A stretch of DNA of 64,000 nt from Ptychomitrium polyphyllum (taxonomy: Eukaryota): the NCBI GenBank assembly GCA_973851085.1, contig OZ316775.1:20212001-20276000 (forward strand). The letters run 5' to 3'. The notes under the pieces were generated by a model, which was given only the letters and a program-made list of their open reading frames with translations, searched no databases and was not told the DNA's origin. A program made the translations under genes and the position numbers. Positions 60,968 to 64,000 of the stretch are shown piece after piece (position 1 is the first letter of the stretch; every line of letters starts with the position of its first letter).

Positions 60968-63900
60968 ATGGAGTCCAAGCAAGAGCTGGGTGAGACGCCG
61001 TCCAGATGGGTATCTTCACAGTGGGGGCAGAACATGCGTGCCATGCAAGTGCGTATCAAGAGCCGGTTTCGCATCGCTATGACTTCGCGCAGGTTGAGAC
61101 AGAGATCGAGGAGAGCAGGGTTGGTTTCGGTTTCAGTTTCGGGAAGCCCCGCATTACGAGCGAGTACAGCTACAGGTTTTGTTGTGGCCCGTGTTTTCCA
61201 AGGCAATGTGATTTTTGCGAGAATGGCTCGCAACTTGGCTAAGCAGGAGTGGCAGAAACGTGTTGGATGGGTGTCGTCTCTTCGGCCAGCTGCAATCATC
61301 CCATCTTCAGTTTCTTCCAGGTTTTGGTCATTGTTGGGATATTCTGCTGCTGGGGGTGCGTTGGTGGCTGTTGAACGACAGGATCAGCCTCCTGCACAAG
61401 CTGAGGCCCTTGCCGTGGCGCCCCCCTTGGGATCAGCGTACGGGTCTGAATCTCAGGAGGTTGTAGCTGCTAAAAGGAAGGCTAAAAAAGCTAAGAACAG
61501 TTATTACGAAGGTACTTAACAATGTATATTATATGCTATAGGCTAAGATCATTTTCTGCGTGGTATCAGCGTCTCTTGATTGCTTATTTTTTATTTTTTA
61601 CCTTTTTGGTAATATGTCTGTCATATGTCGATATCGATAATGTCCTCGTCATTTTTTTCTACTAAGTTATGTATGTTCAGTTTGTTGCTGAAGCGGTGAG
61701 ACTGATTTTCTGGTTATTCTGCTGTTATACTTTTGGTATGTCGTTAATGACTGCGTACATTTGTTATTTGGTTGTTTGAGCCCTTAGACGGTCAAATTTT
61801 GGGATCATTTTATAGTGATGTTATAGTGGGAGGGACAATATTGTGACAAAATGGACCTGTTGGTATGTTGCAGAACTTGCCATTGCCCAGGCAAGCGATG
61901 AGTCACTATCCTCTCAAATTGCCCAGGCAATGGTGTTGCCAGCGGTGGGAGGTGCTTGCTATGTGTTCATGCATGGTTTAAATGTTACTGAGGTATGTAT
62001 TCAGTTCTTACATTTCGGAGGCCTGGTTGAAGTCTACTTTGTTGCTGAACGTTCAAGTTGTAGATTTACAAGTTTTTAAAAGTATTTGGTAGAGTATTTG
62101 AGGGAGTACTTATGAATTTATAATCTGCGGATCTGTAGATTATCTGGAAGCAGTTTTGGTCATCACGTTGTTTACTAAGATGAACTCTAAGTTTCTTTTG
62201 TGTACTTTGTTGAAGGTCTAAGAATACATTAAAGTCTTATTATACAGATGGCTACTTCCCCCTCGCTATAAACTGTCAAGATTGTGTCCGTTTCTTTCGA
62301 AGATGTTAGGAACTTCAGTTTTCGTTTCTCTGATACCAGTTCAACCTCTTTTCAGGTGTACGGGGCTGAAAAGCTGCACGAGGCCATTAAGAATAGGCCT
62401 CAGGGACAATCACTTATTACGGTATGGCTTTAGGTGACTTAATGAACAGGCATTTGACGTTTTCAGAGGATATCTGTATTCTCTTGCTGCTGCTTTGTGA
62501 TCTTAGACTTTTATGGTCATTGTGCGCCGATGCTCTAAGGCATGTCTACCATGGTTCTTGTTTGTTAAAGCATCGTTAGATTTTATGAGTTCCGTCTTGT
62601 GTGATAATCTTGGTCCTCGTCAGGTTTGCAATCATGTGGCCGCTATGGACGACCCTCTTGTGATGGCTGCACTACTTCCACCCAGCTTGTTTCTCCAGCC
62701 AAGGAGTCTGAGATGGACACTTTGTGCTACTGACCGCTGCTTCACCAATGCAGCGTTTTCAGCCTTTTTTCGCAGTGTCAAAGTGTTACCCTTGAAGCGC
62801 GGAGCTGGTCTGCAGCAGGAGGTATCATCCCATTCCTTTCGCTTGGATTGCTTCTTTGTGGTCATTGGAAGTGATCTATTGGTGTCAAGGCTTCGAGATA
62901 ATGCTTTTGTTCCTGTCCTCACAAAACACTCAATACTCTTACACAAATGTCTGACATTTACTACAGCAATTATAAAGGATGCAGTGTTACATGAATGTCT
63001 TTCAGGGTTCTGTGCTTTCTATTAAATTACTCCTTTTCATCCTGAATATCTTTAATATAGAAGCTAACAGTGTCTGCTGCATGCAGGGTATAGATATTGC
63101 GCTATCTAAGCTCAGGCGTGGTGATTGGGTTCATATCTTTCCAGAAGGTAGCCGTTCTCGGGATGGTGGTAAAACCATTGGGACGGTGAGGCGCGGTATT
63201 GGCAGGTAATTTCCTATTGTTGTTTGTTGTGGTTATGTTGATTGCCGTAGGGAAGAACTTGAAGCATTATATGCTTGAGACATCAAACTTGTTTGTCATT
63301 TCCGTCAGGTATCACATCCTCATATAGAGAGAATCTTGGATTTTACTTCCTATTGCAGTAGTGTTTAAGAAATTTCCTGATTCAATCTAGTACAAGAGGG
63401 TTGGCTGATTTCTTTTAATTGTGTATTGCAGGCTCGTCACAGATGTTGAGAAGACTCCATTAGTGGTACCTTTTGTGCATACAGGAATGCAAGATCTGAT
63501 GCCTGTTGGCAGCAAGTTCCCTAAAATTTCCAAGAAGGTTGGTTTTTGTAGCCAGATTACCTCCTACTTCATCTGCTTTACTTGTATCTTTACTTTTTGC
63601 GGCTGCATTATTCTTTACTCAAGAGTATGGATTACTTCAGTTTCGCAATTCTCAAGGCTCTTGCTGTCGTTGCAGTAGTATTATAATCATGTCGCTGTTT
63701 CTTGATTGTCTCCAAATTTAGAGTTTAGGGTTTAGGGTTTAGGTGTTCGAGATTTTCAAGTGTTAATTCAACCATAGTTTTCTTTCGGTGATCTTAGCAT
63801 ATACTAAGTTGGATTTATTCTACAAGTGCATGCTTGTTACTAATAATATAGCTTTTGCACAGGTAACTGTTTTGATTGGGGATCCTATTGAGCTTGATGA

Positions 63901-64000
63901 TCTTGTCAAAGGGAATACTGTTGAGTTTGCCTCGAAGGCAGAAGTATATGATGCAATAGCAGTACGAGTTGGACAAAGCATGCAATTTATGAAAGAGGAG
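60968..64000 (+). CDS. TAZ: Tafazzin-like phospholipid acyltransferase/transacylase, 3'-truncated; exons 60968-61511, 61874-61992, 62356-62421, 62624-62821, 63087-63205, 63432-63537, 63863->64000
   Basis: NHVAAMDDP (HX4D), RWTLCATDRCF, WVHIFPEGSRSRDGGK and PLVVPFVHTGMQ; Arg/Ser-rich N-terminus; GT-AG introns in frame. Confidence 0.88.
63717..63744. repeat. Short interstitial plant telomeric repeat (TTTAGGG, telo-box) in an intron
   Basis: TTTAGAG TTTAGGG TTTAGGG TTTAGGT. Confidence 0.8.

Overview
Eukaryotic plant nuclear DNA with spliceosomal introns, most likely a moss such as Physcomitrium (inferred, not proven). Protein-coding genes, in order: a LIP1/gastric-lipase-family lipase (-, runs off the left edge); an intronless fungal-type FTR1 iron permease (-); two apparently identical head-to-head copies of an unrecognised secreted Pro/Cys-rich protein gene inside a 1.35-kb inverted repeat; an ATL RING-H2 E3 ligase; an FBH/AKS-type bHLH; mevalonate kinase; the Pol IV/V second-largest subunit (NRPD2/E2) with an acidic 17-aa N-terminal repeat; and a tafazzin-like acyltransferase (runs off the right edge). 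AT-rich intergenic blocks hold decayed TE remnants, a Tourist-like MITE, a solo LTR with a 23-bp tandem repeat, and a decayed mitochondrial insertion (trnM, rrn5, trnfM, 5' rrn26). The best candidates for novelty are the palindromic secreted-peptide gene pair, the fungal-like FTR1 next to it, and the NRPD2 N-terminal repeat. Exon boundaries were read by eye and no database searches were run.
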